Positions 1 through 9,442 of a DNA stretch of 64,000 nucleotides are shown piece after piece. This DNA comes from an uncultured Verrucomicrobiae bacterium (lineage in GTDB: Bacteria > Verrucomicrobiota > Verrucomicrobiia > Chthoniobacterales > JAFAMB01). The notes beneath the pieces are model-generated. The model had not been told where the DNA came from. It searched no databases and saw nothing but the letters and a program-made list of their open reading frames with translations. Where the stretch lies: assembly GCA_963762565.1 (NCBI GenBank), contig CAVXLD010000005.1, positions 320,001 to 384,000 of the forward strand, given 5' to 3'. A program made the translations under genes and the position numbers. Numbering within the stretch: position 1 is the stretch's first letter; the number at the start of each line of letters is the position of its first letter.

Positions 1-159
1 ATAGATCCCGCCCAGAATTTTAGTAACGTCGATCACGCGCCGTGATCGCCGATCAAAGCGTGAACCTTACCGGGTTCCGCCGTGAACGTGACCCGATCGA
101 GCGCCCGAACCCCCGGGAACCGCTTCGTGATTTCATTCAAGCTGCAGCGAATTAACCAT
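1..159 (-). pseudogene. araG: 5' end of sugar (L-arabinose) ABC transporter ATPase, damaged (frameshifts, stop in Walker A); runs off window edge
   Basis: ATG at 159 gives MVNSLQL; a shifted frame gives [39 protein letters not shown]; another shift gives ILGGIY. Lies directly downstream of araF. Could be sequencing error near the edge. Confidence 0.65.
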
Positions 160-161
160 AC

Positions 162-451
162 GAACCGCAGAACGAACGGAATATAAGATCCGCAGATTAC
201 GCAGATTAACGCAGATTACGTTTAGAGGTCGTGACGCTATTGGGCAAACGTCATGCGGAAATACACAGCTTCTATTGTCGTTCAAGAGCAGATGAAAGCA
301 AATTAAGTTCGAGCCGATTCTCGATGAAAAGAAACCAGTACTGTTAATTCCCAGCGGCAAGTTTAACTCGCTGACAGATCCAACCTATAAACGTAATCTG
401 CGTTAATCTGTGTAATCTGCGGATCTTTACATCTTCTAAGCTCTGCGGTTA
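162..451. repeat. Nested inverted-repeat element (CGCAGATTA-type arms) between araF stop and araG start
   Basis: ~185-224 (aagatccgcagattacgcagattaacgcagattacgttta) pairs with 388-427 with one G-U mismatch. Outer aaccgcaga/tctgcggtt arms; the right one overlaps the araF TAA. Confidence 0.9.
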
Positions 452-1447
452 AAGGCCGAACTCTTGGCGGATCTCTTTCAGGTTTTCCCGGTTCATCAGT
501 TTTCCGCTGGTGAGGGTTAGCTTCGGCGGTTCCTGGTTTTGGGTAATCCAGTTGTACATCAGCGTCGATGTTTCATAACCGTGACGTTTCGGGCTGATCA
601 AAACGGTCCCGAAAAATCCCGTCGGATTCGGCTTATTAAACTCGTTAATGGCCGATTGCGCTCCGCCGATTCCAACGCCGATCATTTTATCGGCTCCGAT
701 ACCGCGCCCTTCGGCGGCGCGTACTGCACCGAGAACTGCCTCATCATTTAGTCCGAATGCCACCCATTTCTGGAAACGCGGATTTTTCGTGAGAGCAATA
801 TTGGCTGCATTGAACGCGTTCTCCGTATCGGTTTTGGCTTGGGGCGCATCAATAATATTTTCCTTTGGGAATCCGGCTGCCAGCAACACTTCCGTCGCTC
901 CGGTTACCCGATCGTGGGCGGTAGGCAATTCCTCATAGGTCACCCGAATTGCACCCACATCTTGCATGTTCCAACCGCGCTTCTTAATCTGGTCGACGAT
1001 TGCTTGCCCAACTTGTTTGCCGATTTCATGAGCCGAGATGCCCATGTGCGGCACCGACGAAATCGGGGCGCCTTTGCCATCCACGAGTTGATCGTCAACC
1101 GTCATTAGTTTGAGATGATCGGCCGTTGCCTTGGCCACAACGGCAGAGCCGAGTTTTACATCCGGCACGCAGATGATGAATCCCTGGGCTTGTTGAGATG
1201 CCAGGTTATCGATCGCGCTCATCACTTTCTCGCCATTTTCCGCTCCAATCTTCACCACCGTGAAGTTCTTTTCTTTAGCGGCCTGTTCAGCAAACTTCCA
1301 TTCATCCTGGAACCAGGGTTCTTCGGGCTGTTTCACCACAAATCCGATTTTTACGGATTCAGCATGGATGACCGTTTGCCAGGACAGGAGGAGGGCGCCA
1401 ACTAGCGTGCAACAACTTAGAACGCGTATAACGTTCAATCTTTTCAT
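449..1447 (-). CDS. araF: L-arabinose ABC transporter periplasmic binding protein
   Basis: Signal peptide; KIGFVVKQPEEPWFQDEW, LMTVDD, GLNDEAVLGAVRA motifs typical of AraF. Confidence 0.9.
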   Translation of the reverse strand: MKRLNVIRVLSCCTLVGALLLSWQTVIHAESVKIGFVVKQPEEPWFQDEWKFAEQAAKEKNFTVVKIGAENGEKVMSAIDNLASQQAQGFIICVPDVKLGSAVVAKATADHLKLMTVDDQLVDGKGAPISSVPHMGISAHEIGKQVGQAIVDQIKKRGWNMQDVGAIRVTYEELPTAHDRVTGATEVLLAAGFPKENIIDAPQAKTDTENAFNAANIALTKNPRFQKWVAFGLNDEAVLGAVRAAEGRGIGADKMIGVGIGGAQSAINEFNKPNPTGFFGTVLISPKRHGYETSTLMYNWITQNQEPPKLTLTSGKLMNRENLKEIRQEFGL

Positions 1448-1482
1448 GATGTATTTTCGGGGGGTTAATGATTTTGGGGGTA

Positions 1483-4400
1483 CTAAGCAGTTAAAACGTT
1501 CAACGCCCTGAGCTGGTCGGTTGCTTCGTAGTGGGATGTATCAAGCTCCAGTACTTGCCGGAACCGATCCTGGGCCGCAGCCGGACCTTCCAACTGAAGC
1601 AACGCCAACCCCTCCAGAAATTTCCCTTCGATTCGGTTGCGCAGGGTTAGATTCTCTTCAAAAACTAACATGTTGGGGAGGGAAGTTGCGAAGTAGTCAA
1701 TGGTGCCGGGTAGTTGCTGGAGTTCCCGGCCCCGCTCACGTAGCGCTATAAACAGATCGTTTGCCTCGGGGTTGCGTCCCAACGCCAGCAATGAGAGGCC
1801 GCGGTAGTAGGTGAATGACGAAAACGATTTTACCGCCATTTGCTGGAAATCTTGAACTTCGTTGGCGCTGGCGTTGTAAGCTTCTGTAGATTCCACCTGA
1901 TGGCCGAGGCGGTTCAATGCTTCGCCTCGCCAAAAGTTAACGTCAGACCGCGATTGCAGATAGTGGAACTCTTCGCCCAGGTTTGCCGGGGGTTGGCTCG
2001 CCGCCGTGAAGTGTTCCAAGGCGAGGACGGCCTTGCCGTTGGCCAACGCTTGCCGGCCCAACGCGATCTGGGCAATACGATATTGCTCCAGCACTTTTCC
2101 TTCTCCTCCTTCCCACGGATGGAAACGCCGTTGCGCCAATATTTCCAAGGCGGCCGTGTGCCGTTCCTTGAGATTCAACAGCGAGAGGTACTCGACACAA
2201 AAGTCGTCGCGACTGAGAACCAGCGGCAACCGCTCCTCTAACCAGGCTAGCCGGTCGTCAGGGCGATCGTTTAGTTTCTTGCGCAGCTGATCGTATTCAT
2301 AGGCGAGGCGGCCGTCGTTTGGCGCCAGTTCAACCGCCCGTTCGTAGGCTTGACGCGCTTTCGCAGGTTCTCCTTGGTGATTCCAATATGCTAAGCCCAG
2401 ATTGCGATGTAACGGCGCATAATTGGGGTCATCTTGAACTCCAATCTCCCAAGTCATGATCGCCTCGGCGTGTCTGCGGCGGTCGTAGTAAAGATTCCCA
2501 AGACCATAGGCGGCGTTACGCCGCGAGCCGGACTGAGTGATCGACCATTCCAAGATCTGGGCCTCGAACGCACGGCACGGAAAGAGAAAACTCGGATCTC
2601 TCTCTGAGCTTTGCTCAACCAAACCGTCGCCGTGACCGGTTGTTCGATGCGAGCAAATAGCCAGGCGAGCGTGAATTCGGTCATGATCGTATTTGCGCCG
2701 GGGTTTGGGGTAGCGGTCGCAACGATCGGTGACGCTTTATGCAGCTCAAGCAGTTCAATGGCTGTCCGGTATAGACCGGCCTCGATATAGTTGAACGCTA
2801 GATCCAGGATGGTTTGAGCGTCATTGCGACACTGCGCCAGAAAGGCGGCGAAGCTGCGATCGGGCTGCTGTCTGGCGAGTTCGTAAGAGGCCCAATGATC
2901 CAGCGGATCACGCCGCAACACGGCCTGGAGAATCTCGGTACTGGCTGCGCGGTCGCCATTGTTTTCAATGATAATGGCCTTGAGCACCGCGGCGAGATTG
3001 TTCTGCGGGATTTCAGAATTGGCGGCACCGAGGTGGTCCAGCGCCGCCGTAAAGTCGTTCCGCCGGCAAGCAAGCAGCGCCAGTTCATACTTCGCTGGCA
3101 GCAACCAGGCGTTATCCCAGCCGGCCTTACCAAACGCTTTCTCCGCCAGCCGATCTTGCCCTAGGAACCGATTGGCTAACCCGGAATAATAGTGCGCCTC
3201 TCCGGTCACAGGATTGGGATGAAAATCGCTTAGCCGCTGAATCGCTTTTGCCAGATGCTCGATCGCCTCTTGATATTGGAATCGGCCGATACAGCGGCGC
3301 GCGAGCGCGACTCGGCTCCGATAATCGCCCGGGTCACGGTTCACTGCTTCTAGCCAATAGTCTTCCGGGTCGCGGGTCGGATGACGATATTGTTCCAAGT
3401 GTTCACCAACCAGAAACAGCTCATCGCTGTTAGCGATTTCCGACGGTGTCTTTGGCTCTCTAGCCGGGCTTGGCAGTTGAACGGACTCCTGTTTTTCAGC
3501 GGGTTCGTACCGAAGCAGTTCGCGGCCGGCGAAGTCGACTAAGCGGATCGCTCGAATGGCAGCGCCGCCCGGAAGGATTAATTCGATCTGCCAGCACTTC
3601 CCTGGTCCGAGCGAGACCGTTTTTTCTATCCGTGCGCCGGTCGCGTCTTCGATGAAGAGGCGACCATTCTCGATTCCTTTGGGCGCGACCAAGCCGATTT
3701 CGTAACCATTGCCTTGGGAGCGGAGGCAGCGGATGGCTGCATACCGGTTGGCATTTTGAACCGGCCCGATATTTTGGATAGGCCACCAAAACTGAGAAAA
3801 TACTCGGGTCTCGTAAGGATGCAGGTAACTGAAGTCGGGCTGATTATCGGTGTAGACGCCGCCCATCAATTCTAAATAGGGCGCTGCGTCGTCGCTAAGT
3901 TCGCGATCCCAAGCGCGGCCAAAAGCAGCATGACCCCAGGTCCATTGCTTCTTTCCCGGTGCAATCGATGGATCAGCCACGTGAACAAACCCGCCGTTGG
4001 CGCGGTAGTCGAAACCGCCAACGAACCCATAAGCGGAATCGACAACCATGTAACTGGTAGGAACTGGAATGTTCTCGTAAGAAGTAAGATCGTTTCGACC
4101 CGGACGATTCTGGTAGTCGACGCCATAATAGTATCCCGAAGCGTTGGGGAATGACGTGATAGCCCGTTTTGCGTGGTCGGCGACGTAGTGAACATCTGGT
4201 GGAAAGAAGCTCTTGTAGTCTGCGTGGACCTTCACCGCGGCGTTCGCCCACCACAAGAAAGTTTGTAGATAGGGTGTGCGGTTAAACAACCGCACCCGAA
4301 GCTCGACTAACGCTGAGTCCGAAGTTAGCCGGACCCCGTGCATTCCTTTCAAGCGATTTAACGGGTCGTGCTCGGACATCCAAGCCGTGACTGACCCATC

Positions 4401-4826
4401 CTCTGAGCGCTCGATGGCCCAATCCGTCGGCATAAATGTTCCTGGCCGATGATGTTGCGGCCAGTTGAATTCTACTCCGCCGGAGATCCAGGGACCAGCC
4501 AGCCCGACCAACGCCGGCTTGATCACTTTTTGGTGATAGAAGATATCGTAGTCATGATTCGTCTTATCCTGAATTGCATGGATGCGGCCTCCGAAATCAG
4601 GCAGAAGTAGGACGCGGACGAATTGATTTTCTAAACGGATGCCCTGGTACCGTTGGACCCGCGGTACGTCGAATACTTTATCAATGAAGGGCAGGGGGTA
4701 GACCTTCCCGTTCGATCCTTGATAAACCCGTTTTTCGAAGAATAAGGGATGCTTTTCCGGGTCGCTAACCGGATAAGTCGGATATTCAACGGTTACTTCT
4801 TCGGCCTGGACGAGCGCTTGTATCAT
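1483..4826 (-). CDS. DUF5107 domain + TPR protein, split by one frameshift at ~2600
   Basis: KRVYQGSNGKVYP, IKPALVGLAGPWISGGVEFNWPQHHRP, PGKKQWTWG, YLELMGGVYTDNQPDF. The TPR C-terminus continues in ORF 1483..2622; removing one AG from the AG run at 2597-2605 fuses both ORFs. Confidence 0.85.
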
Positions 4827-5002
4827 GTTCACGGATCTCGCGGTTCAATCTGAACGGTTTCAACGGATCGCCGGAGCAACGCGGCTACGGGTTTCCGGGG
4901 GGTACACCGATCAGCTCCACATCCAATTGCCTAGCTCAAGACCGTGGGTAATCCCATAGAAGATCCCTGGAATTACATGGACTTTCTTATTATCTATTTA
5001 GG

Positions 5003-5896
5003 GTGCAGCGAATTCGCATCAAGGAAGGCTTTCCCGGGCAGCGTTTGGTTGTAGTCCCGCCGGAAATCGTTAGTCACTCGCTGGAGCTGCCAGTCTGCCA
5101 ACTACTCTTTCCTACGCACATCGGAGGATTCAACCAGGCTAAGTATCACTTCGTGGAGAGGCGTCACGGGACGCCCGAATACATCCTGATCGTTTGTTTG
5201 GCGGGGATGGGCTCCTGCCGTTTAGGGACCAAGACCTGGCGCTTGGAGAAAGGGCATGGCATCATTTTGCCTCCGGATGTTTATCATCGCTACCAAGCCG
5301 ATCAGAAGGAACCATGGACGATCTTTTGGGTTCACTTCATCGGCGCAGCTGCTCCTGCCTTCCAAAACGCTCTTGATGTCAGCCTGAGTGAGCCGCGCTT
5401 CTGGATCGGCGATCTGGCGATTGCCATCGATGCATTTGAAGAAACCTATCGCTATGTTTTGAGCGGATACACGGACAGAGACCTCCTGGGCCTCACGACT
5501 TCTTTGACCCACCTACTTGGTCTCTGCCGCATTCACCAAAAATCGCCGGGCTTGCGGCGGCGCATGGCTGAAGATCGAGTGCTGAGATCGATCCGCTATA
5601 TGCGAGATAACGTCGGGCATCCCGTCACGTTGAAAGATTGCGCCCAATCTGCCGGTTGGTCAGAGGCGCATTTCAGCCTGGCATTTAGAAGACAGACCAA
5701 TCTTTCGCCGATGCGGTTTCTGACCCGGCTTAAGATGCATCGCGCCTGCGAGCTGCTAAAGACTACCGAACTCTCGATTCAGGAAGTCGCCCTGGCAATC
5801 GGGGTAGAAGACCAGTTCTACTTTTCCCGATTGTTCCATCGCCATTTGCGGATGGCTCCGACGGCCTATCGCCGAGAATTTTCCCTGGTGCGCTAG
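5003..5896 (+). CDS. AraC family transcriptional regulator
   Basis: N-terminal cupin (PWTIFWVHF) and C-terminal double HTH (DQFYFSRLF...PTAYR); divergent from the DUF5107-araF operon. Confidence 0.92.
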   Translation: MQRIRIKEGFPGQRLVVVPPEIVSHSLELPVCQLLFPTHIGGFNQAKYHFVERRHGTPEYILIVCLAGMGSCRLGTKTWRLEKGHGIILPPDVYHRYQADQKEPWTIFWVHFIGAAAPAFQNALDVSLSEPRFWIGDLAIAIDAFEETYRYVLSGYTDRDLLGLTTSLTHLLGLCRIHQKSPGLRRRMAEDRVLRSIRYMRDNVGHPVTLKDCAQSAGWSEAHFSLAFRRQTNLSPMRFLTRLKMHRACELLKTTELSIQEVALAIGVEDQFYFSRLFHRHLRMAPTAYRREFSLVR

Positions 5897-5897
5897 C

Positions 5898-5942
5898 AAC
5901 GCCGTCAACGAGATCCGTTCGTTCCCCGGCGTTGCCGGCGTT
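5898..5942. terminator. Hairpin between convergent genes
   Basis: aacgccgtcaacg / cgttgccggcgtt 13 bp stem with one mismatch; no clear U-tract. Confidence 0.35.
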
Positions 5943-5957
5943 CAAAGGGGCCTTACC

Positions 5958-6269
5958 TTAACCTTGGCCGCTATTAGACTTGTTTCCCACGTCTCGAACA
6001 GAGTCCCCTGCCTTTTGAAGCCCCTTACCGACGGTTCGTTCGGTTGCCTTGGCGCCGTTCGAAATCGTATTTCCGGTTGCTTTCGCGCCGTTCGAAATCG
6101 TGCGTCCGGTGGCTTTTGCGCCGTTCACGATCGTGTCACTGGTCTGTTGCGCGACCTTCTTTACCGTATTTGTCGTCTTTTGTACCGGTCCTTGGTCATC
6201 GGCTTTCACCGACAGGAACGGAACACCAGCCGCGATCATAGAAAACAAAATGATTTTCCTCATATCCAT
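5958..6269 (-). CDS. Small secreted protein with three 11-aa repeats
   Basis: AAGGAGGAG RBS, signal peptide ending VKA, TI(V/S)NGAKAT repeats with a 33 bp period at 6046-6134. Confidence 0.75.
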   Translation of the reverse strand: MDMRKIILFSMIAAGVPFLSVKADDQGPVQKTTNTVKKVAQQTSDTIVNGAKATGRTISNGAKATGNTISNGAKATERTVGKGLQKAGDSVRDVGNKSNSGQG

Positions 6270-6329
6270 CTCCTCCCTTAAAGATCGAAAGCGCCGCTCA
6301 CTTCGGACGTATAGAAAACGCCGTCAATT

Positions 6330-6558
6330 GGAAGGAGCTAGGAGCTAGAAGGGGCCTGTCGTTCTCGTCCTCGTCGTCGTCCTCGTCCTCGATTGAGGCG
6401 TCTTTCGGCCGCTCGCACAATTCGTCCTTTTGGCGAGGCGGCTGGCTTTCGGGGAGACGGCTCGCCACGCCAAAATTTCGAGGACGAGGACGACGACGAG
6501 GACGAGAACGAAGCGCTGGGCGAGTGGCGCCCGAACTCCTAGCTCCTAGCTCCTTTCC
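6330..6558. repeat. Nested IR element: outer GGAGCTA arms, inner perfect 34 bp GAGGAC/GAC arms
   Basis: 6359-6392 is the exact reverse complement of 6478-6511; identical to the arms around the four-helix-bundle gene at 62067/62563. Confidence 0.92.
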
Positions 6559-6562
6559 TGCC

Positions 6563-7663
6563 CTACCGGAAATCAGGGACAGGGTGAATCGCTGCCAAGG
6601 GCCGGGGACGTTCGCAGGTCGATTTAATCTCAAACGAGGTGTCGCCGGCTGCTTTTGTCACGATGGCTTGGAGGACCTCAAGAACGTGGTATGCGAGGTC
6701 GCCTGAGGCGCGATGCGGTGTTCCTGTGACCATGGCCGCCGCCATATCGGCCAGCCCAATGCCGCGATAATTTCCGTCTCCGTAACTGTGGCTATGGGCA
6801 ACATCGGTCCATTTGCCACCGGGTCGGATTAACCGGACGTTGCCGCCGAAGAAGTTCGGGTCCGGGACCTGCAATGAGCCTCCGGTCCCGTAGATCTCGA
6901 TCGGAGGATGAGTATGCCCACTAACGTCAAAACTTACCGTAAGATTAACCGCTGCCCCCGAGTGAAACTCTAAGATCGCGGTGACGTAAGTTAAGACTTC
7001 AACTGTAAACTCAGTTCCTTGTCGTGGTCCGCTGCCGATTATTCGTTTCGGTTGTGCATTTCTTCCAATCGACAAAACGTTCTTAACCGGACCCAGTAGG
7101 TTCACCAGTGCGGTGACGTAGTAAGGACCCATGTCCAAGACGGGCCCGGCTCCCCTTTGGTAGAGGAACTCAGGACTAGGATGCCAACTCTCCGGTCCTC
7201 CGTACATGAAGAACGCGGCGCCACCAATCGGTTGCCCGATAGCGCCTTCATCCACTAACTTCCGAGCCGTCTGGTGACCGCCGCCCAGAAACGTATCGGG
7301 CGCGGAGCCGACCCGTAGCCCTTTCGCGGCGGCCGCATCCAAAAGGGGTTGAGCCTCTTCTCTGGACAAGCCAACCGGTTTTTCGGCATACACGTGTTTC
7401 CCCGCGTCAACAGCGGCTCTACTGACCGGTACATGGCTTTGGGGGATGGTAAGATTTAGAATGACTTCGATTGAGGGATCCGCGAGCAGATCGTTAACGC
7501 TCATTGCCTTTATTCCGAAATCCTTCGCTCGAACATTGGCATTTTCCGGAATCGCGTCTGCGCAAGCCACGATCTTGAACTGCGGAAAGTTCGATTTCAG
7601 ATAGACGGCGCTGATATAACCTGCACCGATAATTCCAACGCGTTTGGGTTCAATGGCGGTCAT
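6563..7663 (-). CDS. Gfo/Idh/MocA family oxidoreductase
   Basis: VGIIGAGYIS Rossmann motif, GKHVYAEKP, APDTFLGG, DMGPYY; start reassigned to MTAIEPK. Confidence 0.92.
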   Translation of the reverse strand: MTAIEPKRVGIIGAGYISAVYLKSNFPQFKIVACADAIPENANVRAKDFGIKAMSVNDLLADPSIEVILNLTIPQSHVPVSRAAVDAGKHVYAEKPVGLSREEAQPLLDAAAAKGLRVGSAPDTFLGGGHQTARKLVDEGAIGQPIGGAAFFMYGGPESWHPSPEFLYQRGAGPVLDMGPYYVTALVNLLGPVKNVLSIGRNAQPKRIIGSGPRQGTEFTVEVLTYVTAILEFHSGAAVNLTVSFDVSGHTHPPIEIYGTGGSLQVPDPNFFGGNVRLIRPGGKWTDVAHSHSYGDGNYRGIGLADMAAAMVTGTPHRASGDLAYHVLEVLQAIVTKAAGDTSFEIKSTCERPRPLAAIHPVPDFR

Positions 7664-7666
7664 TTC

Positions 7667-7912
7667 GGAGTGGAGTGGAGTAATGGAGTAATGGAGTAAC
7701 GGAGTAATGGGGAGTGTGCAAGTGGTGGGAGCCAGGAGCGAAAGGGCGAATAGGCGCACCGGCGACAGGCGCTGGGTACAGCTACGAATGGGACCTATAG
7801 GACACAGGTGACTTATGCGACATGATCATATAAGACCTATCGACCCACGCCGGTTCGCCGGTGCGCCCATTCGCCCATTCGCCCATTCGCCCAGCTTTCG
7901 CTCCCGGCTCCT
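7667..7912. repeat. Composite junction element: GGAGTAAT 8-mer array plus nested IRs (GGAGCCAGGAGCG, GGCGAAT, GGGACCTAT types)
   Basis: ggagccaggagcgaaag / ctttcgctcccggctcc and ggcgcaccggcga / tcgccggtgcgcc pair; fills the gap between the HD gene stop and the oxidoreductase start. Confidence 0.85.
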
Positions 7913-7915
7913 GTC

Positions 7916-8482
7916 CTACAGCCCTAACGCCTCCGCATCCGCCTTCATCGCGTCCAGCACCAACTGAATATGTTCATCGAGCGGGATGCCGAGCGCCTCG
8001 GCGCCATGCGCAATCTCATCGCGATCAACCGGCGCGGCGAACGCTTTGTCTTTCCATTTCTTTTTTACCGACTTCAATTCGACATCCGCTATTTTCTTGG
8101 ATGGGCGGACTAGGGTGACTGCAACGATGAACCCGGTTACTTCATCCACCGCGTAGAGTGCCTTCTCCAGCTTCGTTTCCGGCATGCGGCCTGTCACCTC
8201 CGGTGCGTGCGACAAAATCCCTTGCACGATGGTTTCGTCGACCCCGCATTCACGAAGGATCCGCGCGCCGACCGATGGATGACCTTCAACCGAAATGTCC
8301 GGATACCGTTCGTAATCGAAGTCGTGGAGCAACCCCACCACACCCCATAATTCTGGATCTTCGCCGAACCGGGCTGCATAAGCCCGCATCGCACACTCCA
8401 CCGCCAGCATATGCCGGCGTAGAGAGTCGCTTTGGGTGTATTCAGTGACGAGTTGCCAGGCGTAATCGCGAGAAGGGAGCAT
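7916..8482 (-). CDS. HD-domain (HDIG-type) metal-dependent phosphohydrolase
   Basis: SLRRHMLAVE, GLLHDFDYE, ILSH, AVDEVTG, KSVKKKWKDKAFA. Confidence 0.88.
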   Translation of the reverse strand: MLPSRDYAWQLVTEYTQSDSLRRHMLAVECAMRAYAARFGEDPELWGVVGLLHDFDYERYPDISVEGHPSVGARILRECGVDETIVQGILSHAPEVTGRMPETKLEKALYAVDEVTGFIVAVTLVRPSKKIADVELKSVKKKWKDKAFAAPVDRDEIAHGAEALGIPLDEHIQLVLDAMKADAEALGL

Positions 8483-8488
8483 GGGATC

Positions 8489-8649
8489 TGAGAGGTGATT
8501 GGTGATGCGTGATGGGTGATCGGTGGCCGAGACGTGGGTCGGTACCAAGTAACACTCTAGCTCCGAGACATCGGTGACACCTTCGTTGTCTAAGGTTACC
8601 GGTTTGGGCCGGTGTTTCCACCAATCACCAATCACTATTCACCAATCAC
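8489..8649. repeat. IR element with GTGATTG/CAATCAC 7-mer arms
   Basis: 8489-8520 vs 8618-8649; the arm encodes the last ArsR codons RDW*. Confidence 0.8.
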
Positions 8650-9337
8650 GACCTTTTAGCCCCTGGACCCCCAAGCTCTCGCGAAGCCCGTCTTCCCCCG
8701 CCTCAGTTATCAACAACGCCCGACTATCTTCAATCCGTCTCACCCATTTCATCCGGAAGCAGAATTGGGCGAGAGTCGCTCCGATGGAACCAGCGATGTG
8801 GAAACGGCGTTCGCTCCAATCCATGCAAGGACGGCAAAAAACGCGGCGCCGGCGCCGCGATCCGGCGACATCGACTCCCAGGTCCGCCAGGAACACTTCA
8901 CCGGTCTCTGTCAATTCTCCGCCTTCCGGTCCTAAGATCAGGTGCCCTTTTCGAATCAGAGAATCAGCGATGGCGACACCGATCTCGCCCGCCAGGTGGT
9001 CGTAGCACATTCGCGCTCTCGCTAATGTGCGGTCGCGGAAAGCTGGCACCCGCTTTGAATTGGAAGCGGCGACGGTCATGATACTCTCCAGCATTTGGCT
9101 CACGGTTGATGAAGCCACGCGAAAATAGCGAAAACGACCTTGGGTGGTGAACGTGATAATGCCCGCCTTGACCAGCTTGCTCAGGTGTTCGCTGGTAGTC
9201 TGGGGGGTTACTTTGGCGGCGTAGGCTAACTCTTTGGCGGTCAATGCCCGGCCGCTTAGTAAGACCGACAACATTTCTGCGCGGGCCCTGTCGCCCACCA
9301 GCGCCGCCACCTCACTCATTGAAGTCGACACTGACAT
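8639..9337 (-). CDS. ArsR/SmtB family transcriptional regulator (long type)
   Basis: wHTH (ELAYAAKVTPQTTSEHLSKL, QGRFRYF) plus ARMCYDHLAG and CMDWSERR. Confidence 0.9.
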   Translation of the reverse strand: MSVSTSMSEVAALVGDRARAEMLSVLLSGRALTAKELAYAAKVTPQTTSEHLSKLVKAGIITFTTQGRFRYFRVASSTVSQMLESIMTVAASNSKRVPAFRDRTLARARMCYDHLAGEIGVAIADSLIRKGHLILGPEGGELTETGEVFLADLGVDVAGSRRRRRVFCRPCMDWSERRFHIAGSIGATLAQFCFRMKWVRRIEDSRALLITEAGEDGLRESLGVQGLKGRDW

Positions 9338-9381
9338 CCGAGCAAACTCTCACAAGACGACTCCCAGACAAGCGTCGACAG

Positions 9382-9397
9382 TTCGGCCGGCGCCGAA
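9382..9397. promoter_or_regulatory. Putative ArsR operator palindrome
   Basis: TTCGGC-CGGC-GCCGAA in the ~105 bp divergent gap between ArsR and the hydrolase. Confidence 0.45.
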
Positions 9398-9442
9398 GCG
9401 TCCGGCTTTGATCTGATCAACTCACGTCCATAACGTGTCGGC

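Noticed and set aside
6298..6633. 111 aa ORF with an acidic EDEDDDEDEND tract
   Set aside because: It is a translation of repeat arms and overlaps a real gene end.
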